Source of the DNA: Verrucomicrobiales bacterium
GTDB taxonomy: Bacteria > Verrucomicrobiota > Verrucomicrobiia > Verrucomicrobiales > V1-33
NCBI GenBank assembly: GCA_031411295.1
Contig: JANOAV010000083.1
Location: 32,001 to 96,000, forward strand
Direction of reading: 5' to 3'
DNA: 64,000 nucleotides
Of this stretch, positions 8,360 through 17,893 are shown one piece after another. The notes below the pieces were generated by a model, which saw nothing but the letters and a program-made list of their open reading frames with translations, was not told the origin of the DNA and ran no database searches. The first letter of the stretch is position 1. Every line of letters begins with the position of its first letter. Both the position numbers and the translations under genes were made by a program.

Positions 8360-11300
8360 TCATGGCCGCTTTTCGCGTGACGACGCACTTAACCTTCCGA
8401 TAGCGGTTAGAAGCTGAGGGATTTTGATGGGCTTCACGAGGTGCTCGGAGAATCCTGCGGCCAGGCTTTGGCGCACGTCTTCTTCCATGCCGAAGCCGCT
8501 CATCGCGATGCCGCTCAGCGGCTGAATGTCTTGCATTTGGGCCATCAATTCGTAGCCGTTGGCGTCGGGCAGGCCGAGGTCGCTGATGAGGAGATCGAAG
8601 GTCTCGCTCCCCGCCAAAACGAGGGCACTGGCGACATCACCAGCGGTGGTAACGATGAAGCCTTCCAGCGTGAGGAGTGTCTTCAACGCACGAGCAGTGT
8701 CCGCGTGGTCCTCGACGACGAGGAGGCGCAGTGAAGGCGTATCGCGAGGTGGGGAAGATGTGGGCTTCTCGGTGGCAGGGATTTCCATCAGGATGCCCGG
8801 CACTTCGATAATAAATGTCGCCCCGTGCCCGGTGCCTTGGCTCTCGGCGCAGATGCTGCCGCCGTGGAGTTCGATGAGTGCCTTGGAGATGGCGAGCCCG
8901 AGGCCGAGGCCGCCGAATTGCTTGGTGACGCGCGGGTCGCCTTGCTCAAAGGCATCGAAGATGCGCGGCAGGACCTCCGGCGGGATGCCCGGTCCGTTGT
9001 CGGTGATGCGGACTTCGACGCGGGTCGGCGACAGGCGCTGGCTGGTGATGTGGATGGCGCCCTTTCGCGGTGTGAATTTCACGGCGTTCTTGAGCACGTT
9101 CCACAGGACTTGTTCAAAGCGGGCCGGGTCCGCGTGGATGAATCCCGCGTCGTTGCAGAGGTCCAGCGTGAGCTGCACTTCCTGGCCGAGCACTTGCGGG
9201 CGGCAGATGGAGCACACATGTTGCACTGCGCCATTGAGGTCGAGCGGCTCGATGCGCAGTTCCAGCTTCCCGCTGGCGATGCGGCTGACGTCGAGCAGGT
9301 CGTCGATGAGCTTGGTCTCGATCTCGATGCTGCGGCGGATCATCGTCATGTCGTCACGCACATCGGTGCGTAAAGACGGGTCGTGTTCGAGGGCTGCGAC
9401 CGTCATCAGCACCGGCGTGAGCGGGGTGCGCAGCTCGTGGCTGAGGATGGCGAGGAAGCGGTCTTTGCTGCGGTTGGCGGACTCGGCGGCTTCTTTGGCT
9501 TCGCTCAATCTCTGCGCGGCCTGTCTGCGCTCGGTCACGTCGAGATTGCTGCCGACGACCCATTCCGTTTTGCCTTCGAGATTGGCTCGCACGGTTTCGA
9601 TAGCTTTGATGATGCGGACTTGGCCGTCGTTGGCACGGGTGATGCGGAATTCACGAGTGCTTTGTCCCTGCCGCCGCAGTGTGTCTTGCAGCACCCGCTC
9701 TTGTTCGGGGAGGTCCTCGGGCAGCACGGCGTTGCTCCACGTTTCGTAGGGGACGATGCCGCCTTCTGTCGGCGGCACGTCATACACGCGGAACATTTGT
9801 GTATCCCACCGGATCAAGTTGCTGATGACGTTCCATTCCCAGATGCCGACGCCGGTGGCCTCGGCAGCGAGGCGCATGCGCTCTTGGCTGGCCCGCAGCG
9901 CCTCGATGGAGCGCTGGCGTTCGGTCACTTCATGGAAATAGCAGACCACGCCGTGCTGGCCATCCGGCAAGGTCACGCGCTGGGTTTCCCACTCGTAGGT
10001 TTCTTTGATGCCGAGATCGTGGCGCAGCTCGGTGAAGGGCGGTGAAATGTAGCGTTCCCCGGTCTCGAGCGTGTGCCGGAAGACGTCTGCGACCTGGCCG
10101 CCTAACTCCGGTCCCCACAAGATCTTCACCACTTCGTCGAAATCGCGACCAATGAGCGGCTGCACGGAGCCGAAGGCCGGCATCGCTTGGGCATTCACCT
10201 GCGTGAGGCGCAACTGCGCATCCACAACATACGTGCCGATGGGGGCCTGCGCGATGAGGGTCAAAAATAGCGCCGCGTTCTGCCACAGCGACTCCTCGAC
10301 CCGCTTCCGTTCGGTGATGTCGCGCGCCACTTTCGAGATGCCGACGATCGTTCCCGCAGCGTCCTTGATGGGCGACACCGTGATGGATACTTCCACCAGG
10401 CTGCCGTCCTTGCGCCGCCGCACGGTCTCCGAATGGCGCAGACCTTCCCCCCGCGCCACACGCGCCAGGATGTCGGCCTCCTCGTCGCGTCGCTCCGGCG
10501 GGATCACGCGCAGAATGGACTGCCCCACGATCTCCTCCGCGGAATACCCGAAGAGCGTTGCCGCGCCCTGATTCCAACTCGTGATCGTCCCGCACAGATC
10601 CTTGCCGACAATCGCATCCTGCGAGGACTCGACGATGGCCGCCAGCCGCGCCATGGCTTCCTCCGCCCGCTTGCGCTCGGTAATGTCGGAGGAGGTGCCG
10701 ATGATTTCACGCACGTTGCCTTTCGCATCGCGAGAGAACGGAGTCTTGCGGCCACCGAACCAGCGCCAGGTGCCATCGGGGTGGCGCAGCCGGTATTCGA
10801 TTTCCACCAACTCGCCATCGCGCGAACGGGCGAGCTGCTCGAAGTGCGCAGGCATCCGCAAAAGGTCATCCGGGTGCATGGCACGCGGCATGAAGGCGGG
10901 CCCCAGCTCAAGCACCTCCGCCACTGAATACCCCATGACGGTGGCGACCTGTGCATTAACCCAAGTGATGCGAAGGTCCGCGAGGTCCATAATGTAAACG
11001 ACGCTCGGCGAGATGGTGATGACGCGCTGGAGGAAATGCTCCTTTTCGCGCAGCGCCTCCTCCGCCCGCTTCCGCTCGGCGATTTCCGCACTGAGCTGCT
11101 GGTTGATTTTCGCAATGCCCGGCAGCGCGAGCGCGCTGGGGAGGACCTTGAGCAGGGCGAAAACCGTCATCCACGAAACGACCGCCGTGACCAGCTTCAC
11201 CAAGCCCGAGAGGCGATACCACGGATGCCAGAAAATCGTCGCCTCAATGAGATGGCTGAGCCCGCACGCGACGATGAAGACCGCGAAGAGCCAGAAGATC

Positions 11301-11488
11301 GGCAGGAAAGGCAGATCCTTCCGCCGCCGGATGAAATAAGCGAGGGTCAGCGGAATGGCCGCATACGCCCCGAAGATGGCGATGTCCGAAAGGATGTGCA
11401 GCCAGCCGTGCCCGTCAGACCATTGCCCGCAATGCCAGCGCGGTGGAAAGCCGCTCGTATCGAAGAGGTGCTGAAGGAAAGAGATCAT
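8360..11488 (-). CDS. Hybrid sensor histidine kinase: ETR1-like ethylene-binding TM domain, 4 PAS, HisKA, HATPase, receiver
   Basis: SDIAIFGAYAAIP...FIVACGLSHL; LSHELRTPL H-box; GGLGLGLAIS G-box; LLISDLGLPD receiver; ATG 11488 preferred. Confidence 0.9.
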   Translation of the reverse strand: MISFLQHLFDTSGFPPRWHCGQWSDGHGWLHILSDIAIFGAYAAIPLTLAYFIRRRKDLPFLPIFWLFAVFIVACGLSHLIEATIFWHPWYRLSGLVKLVTAVVSWMTVFALLKVLPSALALPGIAKINQQLSAEIAERKRAEEALREKEHFLQRVITISPSVVYIMDLADLRITWVNAQVATVMGYSVAEVLELGPAFMPRAMHPDDLLRMPAHFEQLARSRDGELVEIEYRLRHPDGTWRWFGGRKTPFSRDAKGNVREIIGTSSDITERKRAEEAMARLAAIVESSQDAIVGKDLCGTITSWNQGAATLFGYSAEEIVGQSILRVIPPERRDEEADILARVARGEGLRHSETVRRRKDGSLVEVSITVSPIKDAAGTIVGISKVARDITERKRVEESLWQNAALFLTLIAQAPIGTYVVDAQLRLTQVNAQAMPAFGSVQPLIGRDFDEVVKILWGPELGGQVADVFRHTLETGERYISPPFTELRHDLGIKETYEWETQRVTLPDGQHGVVCYFHEVTERQRSIEALRASQERMRLAAEATGVGIWEWNVISNLIRWDTQMFRVYDVPPTEGGIVPYETWSNAVLPEDLPEQERVLQDTLRRQGQSTREFRITRANDGQVRIIKAIETVRANLEGKTEWVVGSNLDVTERRQAAQRLSEAKEAAESANRSKDRFLAILSHELRTPLTPVLMTVAALEHDPSLRTDVRDDMTMIRRSIEIETKLIDDLLDVSRIASGKLELRIEPLDLNGAVQHVCSICRPQVLGQEVQLTLDLCNDAGFIHADPARFEQVLWNVLKNAVKFTPRKGAIHITSQRLSPTRVEVRITDNGPGIPPEVLPRIFDAFEQGDPRVTKQFGGLGLGLAISKALIELHGGSICAESQGTGHGATFIIEVPGILMEIPATEKPTSSPPRDTPSLRLLVVEDHADTARALKTLLTLEGFIVTTAGDVASALVLAGSETFDLLISDLGLPDANGYELMAQMQDIQPLSGIAMSGFGMEEDVRQSLAAGFSEHLVKPIKIPQLLTAIGRLSASSREKRP

Positions 11489-11529
11489 GGTGACGAGGGT
11501 GGGCTGGGGTATCTCGGGAAAAGGCAATA

Positions 11530-11969
11530 GTCCGCCTGAGAAAAGAAGCCGGCTGTGGTTGCAGGGGCTGTTTTATGTTCAACGATGGGGAAAGTTACTT
11601 CGAGTTCAGGCCCTCGTCCTCCGCCAATGAGAGTGCCGCCATAGCGAGTTAGCAGTGAAGTTAGTTCGTCCCCGACCTCAGCAGCCATGCCGGGCAGGCC
11701 GTCCTTCCAATCTTCATTGGGCGCATGTTGCATTTTGAAGCGGTTGTGCGCTAAAGCTTCAGAGTCTGTTAGCAATTTGGAGCAATGAATTTCTGGAGGA
11801 GTTGCCATGGGCGGGCTTGGAATGAGAGCTTAGGCCCCCCGCAGAGCGATGCGCGAAGCGTGATGAGTCAGGGTGCAGAGACAAATCCATACCGATACTA
11901 TCATCGCCACGCAAGACTGCGACGAGAAAATGTCTGTTTTTTGGAGGGCGGTTCGAGGTCGCTCGTCAT
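11530..11969 (-). pseudogene. Degraded paralog of the ChpT-like gene at 56502-57137
   Basis: FKMQHAPNED...VGDELTSLLTRYGGTLIG...LEVTFPI aligns with FQMQHTDDAE...VQEELAALLARLGGVWVG...LTVTLPL; no H-box seen. Confidence 0.5.
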
Positions 11970-12074
11970 TTCTAAACTCCGCTAGGAGGGTTGATGGATA
12001 ATTAATTTCTCCAGCCGCTTCCATGCGACCGCGATTTTTATAGTCGGCCCGGACTCCATCGTCGAGCCCTCGCA

Positions 12075-12091
12075 GTAGGGTTTCACTCCAT
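12075..12091 (+). promoter_or_regulatory. Regulon box GTAGGGTTTCACTCCAT
   Basis: Recurrent motif (one mismatch in core) upstream of the 12224-16613 gene run. Confidence 0.6.
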
Positions 12092-12223
12092 GTCCCTTGC
12101 CAGCTTCTTGTGCAAAAATCACCCGTTGGCTGCGACTCTCGCCGTTCCGGATCTGTGTTGCGGTGGCACCGGCTTTGACCGCGCCGAAAAAACCAAAAAC
12201 CGAAATCCAAATCAACTAAACAT

Positions 12224-12832
12224 ATGAAATTAAAAACCAGTGCATTCACCCTTCTCGCCGCCGCAGCGCTTGGCACCACCTTCCTGCTGGCTGAAGATAA
12301 ACCTGATTCCAAAGCCGCCGGCCCCAAAGCGGAGGAGATGAAGCAGAAAATGGAAGTCGCTGGCAAGCCCGGAGCGGCCCATAAAGCGCTGGAACCACTC
12401 GTCGGAGAATGGACTGCCGAGGTGCACTGTTGGTCGGCTCCCGGTGGGTCACGGATGGTGACCACAGGAACCGCTACAACGAAATGGGTCTTGGATGGGC
12501 GCTTCCTTCATGAAGATTTTACTGCCGAGTTCTTTGGCAAGCCATTGCATGGGATGAGCCTGATGGGTTACGACAATACCAAGAAGATGTTTACCAGCGT
12601 ATGGGTGGATGACATGTCCACGGCTATAATCACCAGCGAAGGCCAGGCCGCTGAAGACTCCAAAATCATTACCCTTGAAGGCAAGTTCCATTGCCCGGAA
12701 ACGGGGCGCAAAGACACGCCGATGAAGCAGGTCTTCCGCATCATCAGCAATGACAAGCACATCTTCGAAATGCACGACATGAGCAAAGGTGAGAACTCCA
12801 AGACCATGGAGCTCACCTACACGCGCAAGTAA
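12224..12832 (+). CDS. DUF1579 family exported protein
   Basis: Signal peptide; PGAAHKALEPLVGEW, GYDNTKKMFTSVWVDDMST, MELTYTRK. Confidence 0.85.
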   Translation: MKLKTSAFTLLAAAALGTTFLLAEDKPDSKAAGPKAEEMKQKMEVAGKPGAAHKALEPLVGEWTAEVHCWSAPGGSRMVTTGTATTKWVLDGRFLHEDFTAEFFGKPLHGMSLMGYDNTKKMFTSVWVDDMSTAIITSEGQAAEDSKIITLEGKFHCPETGRKDTPMKQVFRIISNDKHIFEMHDMSKGENSKTMELTYTRK

Positions 12833-12852
12833 CCACCGGGGGATGCCAAAGC

Positions 12853-12882
12853 GGAACACAGCCGGGGCGGCTGTGTTCCTTT
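12853..12882 (+). terminator. Hairpin with short U tail (possible partial terminator)
   Basis: GGAACACAGCCG-GGG-CGGCTGTGTTCC-TTT. Confidence 0.55.
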
Positions 12883-12933
12883 ACATGAAGCCCCAGTCCC
12901 ACCCTATCAAATCCTGAACCTTAAAGTAACTCA

Positions 12934-13392
12934 ATGAACGCATCCCCGAATACCACTCTGCAACTCACCCGCGTGATCAACGCACCGCACGGCCGCGTTT
13001 ATGCCGTTTGGACCGATGCCGCGCTGGCTAAACAATGGTGGGGGCCGGAAGGCACCACCACTCACGAACTCATCACCGACGCCCAAGTCGGCGGGACATT
13101 CCATTGGGTGTTCAGCACGACTGATGAGGACGAGGAAACCACCACCGAGGGCGTTTATCGCGAAGTGCAGCCGGGCGAAAAACTAGTTCTTACTTGGGTC
13201 GGAACTCAGGACATCTCACCAGACGCCCCTGAGAGTTTGGTGACTGTCAAATTCCACGAGAAAGACGACGCCACCACGGAACTTCGACTGACCCACGAAA
13301 ACCTTCCCAGCGAGCAGTCGCGCGATAATCACGCGGAAGGCTGGAACAGCAACTTGGACAAACTGGAACAACTTTTCCCAAAGACCAAATAG
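12934..13392 (+). CDS. SRPBCC/AHSA1 domain protein
   Basis: RVINAP..RVYAVWTD..QWWGP; HAEGWNSNLDKL. Confidence 0.85.
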   Translation: MNASPNTTLQLTRVINAPHGRVYAVWTDAALAKQWWGPEGTTTHELITDAQVGGTFHWVFSTTDEDEETTTEGVYREVQPGEKLVLTWVGTQDISPDAPESLVTVKFHEKDDATTELRLTHENLPSEQSRDNHAEGWNSNLDKLEQLFPKTK

Positions 13393-13394
13393 CC

Positions 13395-13655
13395 ATGAAC
13401 ACATGCGAAACCTGCGGGAACAATTACGACAAGGCGATGCAAATCACCATCGACGGCCAGTCGCACTGGTTCGACAGCTTTGAATGCGCCATCCACGCGC
13501 TGGCACCGACGTGTGCGCATTGCGGCTGCAAGGTGATCGGCCACGGCGCGGAGGCGAATGGAAAATTTTTCTGCTGTGCGCACTGTGCGAAGCAGTCCGG
13601 CGTGCGCGGTGTGGATGATCGCGTGTGTGGCAGCTTCACAGCGTTAAGCCGTTGA
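13395..13655 (+). CDS. Cys-rich metal-binding (metallothionein-like) protein
   Basis: CETCGNNYDK, FDSFECAIHALAPTCAHCGC, FCCAHCA. Confidence 0.8.
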   Translation: MNTCETCGNNYDKAMQITIDGQSHWFDSFECAIHALAPTCAHCGCKVIGHGAEANGKFFCCAHCAKQSGVRGVDDRVCGSFTALSR

Positions 13656-13740
13656 GCGCACATTTTTCAATCGAACATTTTCATCCGTCATGGAGACGGA
13701 TGGGAACCCGCCAACCGCAAACCAAAGAAACCTACAAAAC

Positions 13741-14238
13741 ATGAAATCACTCATCGCAACTCTGTCTCTATTCACCGTGGCACTGACACTGTCGCTGCAA
13801 GCCGCCCCGAAGGACGAAAAAAGCCTGTATGAACGACTCGGCGGCGTCTTCGCCATCTCCGCAGTCGTTGACCGTTTTAGCGACGCGTTGGTGCAGAACC
13901 CGATCGTGGGAAAAACTTCGCAAAACCCAGCCCTCCGGGAATGGCACACGAAGAGCCTGGAAAGATTGCCCGGCCTCAAATTCATGCGGACCCTTTGGGT
14001 ATGCGAGGTTACGGGCGGGCCGTTCAAATTCTCCCCAACCAAGCCGGGTAAAACTCATTTGGGGCTGGAGGAGGCGCATCGTGACCTCAAAATCTCGTCA
14101 GAAGAATTCGACGAGGTAGCAGCCGAGCTGGGCCGCAGTCTTGGCTTCGCCAAAGTTCCTGCGGCTGAGAAAGGAGAAGTCCTCGCGGCCTTCGCAGCGC
14201 ATAAAGACGAAGTAATAGCCGGACACAAAACGAAGTGA
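13741..14238 (+). CDS. Group 1 truncated haemoglobin with signal peptide
   Basis: SLYERLGG, TGGP, EAHRDLKISSEEFD (proximal His). Confidence 0.85.
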   Translation: MKSLIATLSLFTVALTLSLQAAPKDEKSLYERLGGVFAISAVVDRFSDALVQNPIVGKTSQNPALREWHTKSLERLPGLKFMRTLWVCEVTGGPFKFSPTKPGKTHLGLEEAHRDLKISSEEFDEVAAELGRSLGFAKVPAAEKGEVLAAFAAHKDEVIAGHKTK

Positions 14239-14278
14239 GCCGCCAACGCATCTGAAATCAATGGACCTACCAACATCC

Positions 14279-14707
14279 ATGAAAACCACACTCGTCCAAC
14301 CCTACCTGGCCTTCCGTGGCCACTGCCAAGAAGCGCTCGAATTCTACCGCACTGTGCTCGGCGCAGAGATCGAGATGATGATGTTCTACAAAGACAGCCC
14401 CGAGCCGATGCCACCCGGCAAGCTCCCGCCGGGCTTTGAAGAGAAAGTCATGCACGCCAGCTTCCGCATCGGTGGCTCGACTGTCATGGCGGCCGACGAA
14501 TGCGAGGAAGATGCGGGCTTCGGCGGCTTCTCCCTCATGCTCGCCCCGCCAACGGAAGCCGAGGCCGACCTCGCCTTCACCGCACTCGCTGACGGCGGCC
14601 AAGTGAAGATGCCCATGGCAAAGACATTTTGGTCGCCGCGCTTCGGCATGGTCACCGACCGTTTCGGCCTCCGCTGGATGATCGGAGTCACGGCATGCAA
14701 AGAGTAA
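14279..14707 (+). CDS. VOC/PhnB family protein
   Basis: PYLAFRGHCQEALEFY, VMHASF, TFWSPRFGMVTDRFG. Confidence 0.9.
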   Translation: MKTTLVQPYLAFRGHCQEALEFYRTVLGAEIEMMMFYKDSPEPMPPGKLPPGFEEKVMHASFRIGGSTVMAADECEEDAGFGGFSLMLAPPTEAEADLAFTALADGGQVKMPMAKTFWSPRFGMVTDRFGLRWMIGVTACKE

Positions 14708-14779
14708 CGGTATTCATTCCCATCACAGACGGCCTCAATCTCACCTCTGAACATTCAAACCAAAAGCCACAAATAATAC

Positions 14780-15232
14780 ATGACAACAATCACCATACCC
14801 TTCTCAGGGGGGTGCGCTTGCGGCGCGATCCGCTACGAATCCACAGCCGAACCGGTTATGATGCTTCACTGTCACTGCCGTGATTGCCAACGATCCAGCG
14901 GAGGTCCGTTTTCGTCTTTCGTTATCGTGCCGACGGAAGCTTTCAAGCTCTTGCAAGGCTCACCGCGATTCCATGCCTCGCCCAGTGAGATGGGTGGTAT
15001 GACCCGTCGGGGCTTTTGCACTGACTGTGGTTCGCCGATTGTGGTCAAGCCCGACGCAGTCCCTCAGTCTGTCGCGATCAGAACAGCAAGCTTGGATGAT
15101 CCGAGCTGGTTTAGCCTGCAAGTAGATGTGTGGACATCAGACGCGTATCCGTGGGATCCAATGAATCCCGCGTTGCCAAAATTTGATAGGTATCCTCCGT
15201 CTGGAGATTCAGAAGTCCCGACCGCACCGTAA
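14780..15232 (+). CDS. GFA / CENP-V family Zn-binding protein
   Basis: GGCACGAIRY, CHCRDCQR, FCTDCGS. Confidence 0.9.
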   Translation: MTTITIPFSGGCACGAIRYESTAEPVMMLHCHCRDCQRSSGGPFSSFVIVPTEAFKLLQGSPRFHASPSEMGGMTRRGFCTDCGSPIVVKPDAVPQSVAIRTASLDDPSWFSLQVDVWTSDAYPWDPMNPALPKFDRYPPSGDSEVPTAP

Positions 15233-15271
15233 CAATGTAACAATGTAGCCTAACTGACGGCTCACCAAAGA

Positions 15272-15787
15272 TTGATGGCGACTAACATGCGACGTATGCA
15301 ACGAATCTGGCAAGTAGTCACGACCACGGTGACAGCTCTGCTCCTGGGCACATCCTTCGCGCATGTCCTTGAGTGGCCCGCGAAGCTGAAATACGAGGGC
15401 GCACTCTACGTCCAGCTCCAGACTTCGCTATACGCTCACTGGGGGCCGCCGAGCGTCGGTGGATTCATTGAGCCGACGGCCATCCTCGCCGTGTTTATCC
15501 TGGCGTTGCTCGTCAGTAAAAACGGCGCGGCTTTTCGACTCACCCTGGTTGCAGGCGGTTGCCTGCTGCTGGCTTTTCCCGTGGTCTTCTTCTGGCGCGT
15601 TGCACCGGCCAATGCGGCCTTTTTGCAAGCGACCACCTCGAGCATTCTCCCTCCTGATTGGACTGCGTGGCGAACGCAGTGGGAAACAGGTCATGCATTG
15701 CGGTTTGTCCTCCACGGCATCGCTTTCGTTCTGATTGCCGTCTCGCTCACGGCCCAAGGACGAGAAACTCGGAGAACTGAAGTATGA
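15272..15787 (+). CDS. DUF1772-like membrane protein
   Basis: AHVLEWPAK, 4 TMs, WTAWRTQWETGHALR; exact start uncertain. Confidence 0.65.
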   Translation: MMATNMRRMQRIWQVVTTTVTALLLGTSFAHVLEWPAKLKYEGALYVQLQTSLYAHWGPPSVGGFIEPTAILAVFILALLVSKNGAAFRLTLVAGGCLLLAFPVVFFWRVAPANAAFLQATTSSILPPDWTAWRTQWETGHALRFVLHGIAFVLIAVSLTAQGRETRRTEV

Positions 15788-15833
15788 CGAAAGTGCTGCC
15801 TCCGCTGCCGCAATCAAACAAAGGAAACTCGAT

Positions 15834-16613
15834 ATGCTACTCAAAGACAAGAACGCAATAATCTACGGAGCAGGCGGCTCGATCGGAGGCGCAGTGGCAC
15901 GCGCCTTTGCCCGCGAGGGGGCGACAGTTTTCCTAGCTGGTCGCACGCTCGCTACGCTGGACAAAATCGCCAAGGAAATCTCCGCTGCCGGAGGCATGGC
16001 TGAGACGGCACAGGTCGATGCTTTCAACGAGCAGTCTGTCGAGAAGCACGCCGCTGCCGTGGTCGCTAAGGCAGGCTGCATTGATGTCACTTTCAATGCC
16101 ATCGACATTGAGGGCAGCATTCAAGGAACGCCGCTTATCGAACTATCGCCTGACGCCATCAGCCAGCCGGTCGGCAATCGTCTGGCGACAAACTTCCTGA
16201 CCGCGCGGACCGCCGCCCGCCACATGATCGAAAAGCGATCGGGCGTGATATTGATGATTACAGCCACGCCAGCCCGAATGGCCTTTCCGATGACTGGAAG
16301 CTTCGGAGTCGAAGGCGCGGCCATCGAAGGCCTCTGCCGCTCCCTCGCGAGCGAACTTTCGCCACAGGGCATTCGTGTCATCTGCTTGCGCTCGGCCGGT
16401 TCGCCCGAATCTTTCCCGGAGACGACTGAGGGCGGAGCCCCGCTCGGCAAGAAGCGCGAAGCCATCGCGGCGGAGCTTGCGGAACTGACGCTACTGAAGC
16501 GAACGCCGACCCTTCTGGAAGTGGGGAATGTCGCAGCCTTCATGGCATCGGATTACGCCAGCCCGATGACGGCAACCGTCGCCAACATCTCCTGCGGCAC
16601 GATCGTGGACTGA
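15834..16613 (+). CDS. SDR family oxidoreductase (atypical)
   Basis: IYGAGGSIGGAVA Rossmann motif; canonical YxxxK replaced (FGVEGAA). Confidence 0.85.
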   Translation: MLLKDKNAIIYGAGGSIGGAVARAFAREGATVFLAGRTLATLDKIAKEISAAGGMAETAQVDAFNEQSVEKHAAAVVAKAGCIDVTFNAIDIEGSIQGTPLIELSPDAISQPVGNRLATNFLTARTAARHMIEKRSGVILMITATPARMAFPMTGSFGVEGAAIEGLCRSLASELSPQGIRVICLRSAGSPESFPETTEGGAPLGKKREAIAAELAELTLLKRTPTLLEVGNVAAFMASDYASPMTATVANISCGTIVD

Positions 16614-16745
16614 CTCCTATGCCGACACCATCCACACTGGCTTAACCAACAAATACAAACCCACATGAAAAAGAAATCCAACACGCCAAGCAGCGCCTAG
16701 AAGACTTCGGACAAATCATCTAAACCGAGCGCGGCGGGGCAATTC

Positions 16746-17012
16746 ATGATGCTAATGATCCCCGCCGTTTACCAAGGCGGTAAAAAAGTGGACCCGGGCT
16801 TTGAACCCGATCCGAAAAAAATGGAGGAAATGGGCAATTTCAATGAGGCATTGGGCAAAGCCGTTAAAATCATTTCACTCAACGGCCTGCATCCCCTGGC
16901 CACCGGCGCGCGCGTCGCTATCGGCAAAGGCAAACCGACCGTGACCGACGGCCCCGACATTGAAGCCAAGGAAGTGCTCGGCGGCTATTGGACCACAACG
17001 TTCAGATCATGA
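16746..17012 (+). pseudogene. YciI/DGPF family, N-terminal part only
   Basis: VTDGPDIEAKEVLGGYW followed by abrupt loss of homology. Confidence 0.7.
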
Positions 17013-17109
17013 ATATCGCATTAAAAGACACAGGCGCGGGCGATGTCTGTGACGAAAATTCGAAAATTTTCATGGCATTTGCTATTGGGCAGGGGGCGTT
17101 GCAGACTTC

Positions 17110-17540
17110 TTATGCGCCATCGGCGGCGCGTTCTAGCTCGCTAATGTTGATTTTGATCATCTTTGTCATCGCTTCCATTGCGCGCGCCCCAGCGGTCCTT
17201 GAGCCAACCACAGCCAACCTCCGAGCCGCCATTGGAGCTAGTGCCGCCCAGAGTCGGTCTATCTCGGCTTGGTCTGCGCAGGCGATCATGAACGAAACCG
17301 CCTCAGTGAACGAGAATCCGGGTGTGTTTGGGTGGCCAGCGCCCCCACCGACGTCGTGCCAGCACTCACTAGGACGGCGGTCATGAGACATAGCGGGCAC
17401 ATGCGTTTTATGGTCGCTCCTATTTTTGGTCTCGAAATCGGCCTCGTCCCAAATCTGGCGGATTCCGATCACGTCGCCCGGGTCCGCAGGGCAGCTTTGC
17501 GCCCATTTCACGAGTTCTTCTTTCGAGTTGGCCTCGACGT
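17110..17540 (-). pseudogene. Inverted segment: YciI C-terminus joined to a deleted VOC (PhnB-like) remnant
   Basis: VEANSKEELVKWAQSCP...IRQIW (YciI C-term), then FSFTEAVSFMIACADQAEIDRLWAAL...AMTKMIKINISEL (VOC). Confidence 0.65.
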
Positions 17541-17626
17541 GTGGCACCCAGAGCGAAGGGTGGAAAGTCGATATGTGGTGGCGCGCCACCCTTACTCAAT
17601 CCCAACCCACAACAAAGAAAAATAAC

Positions 17627-17840
17627 ATGCAATTCACGATGCTGATAATCCCCGTTTATCACGGCGGAAAAAGCGTAAACGCTGAGTTCATGCCCGATCC
17701 GAAAAAATGGAAGCGATGGGCCAGTTCAATGAGGCACTGGGCAAGGCCGTTAAAATCCTCTCGGTGGACGGCCTGCGTCAGTAGTGCGTCAGTTGTGCGT
17801 CGGCGTGCGGGTCCCCTTCGGCCAAGGCCAAGGCAAGCAC
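17627..17840 (+). pseudogene. Second YciI-like remnant, frameshifted
   Basis: MQFTMLIIPVYHGGK...PDPKK paralogous to 16746; A6 here versus A7 in the first copy. Confidence 0.6.
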
Positions 17841-17893
17841 AGCGCGGCCCTGGGTCGATATCGAGCACAAATTAGCCCGCGGTCCCTACCGAA

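Noticed and set aside
15229..15247. GTAACAAT tandem duplication at a stop codon
   Set aside because: Only about two units; likely a trivial slippage event.
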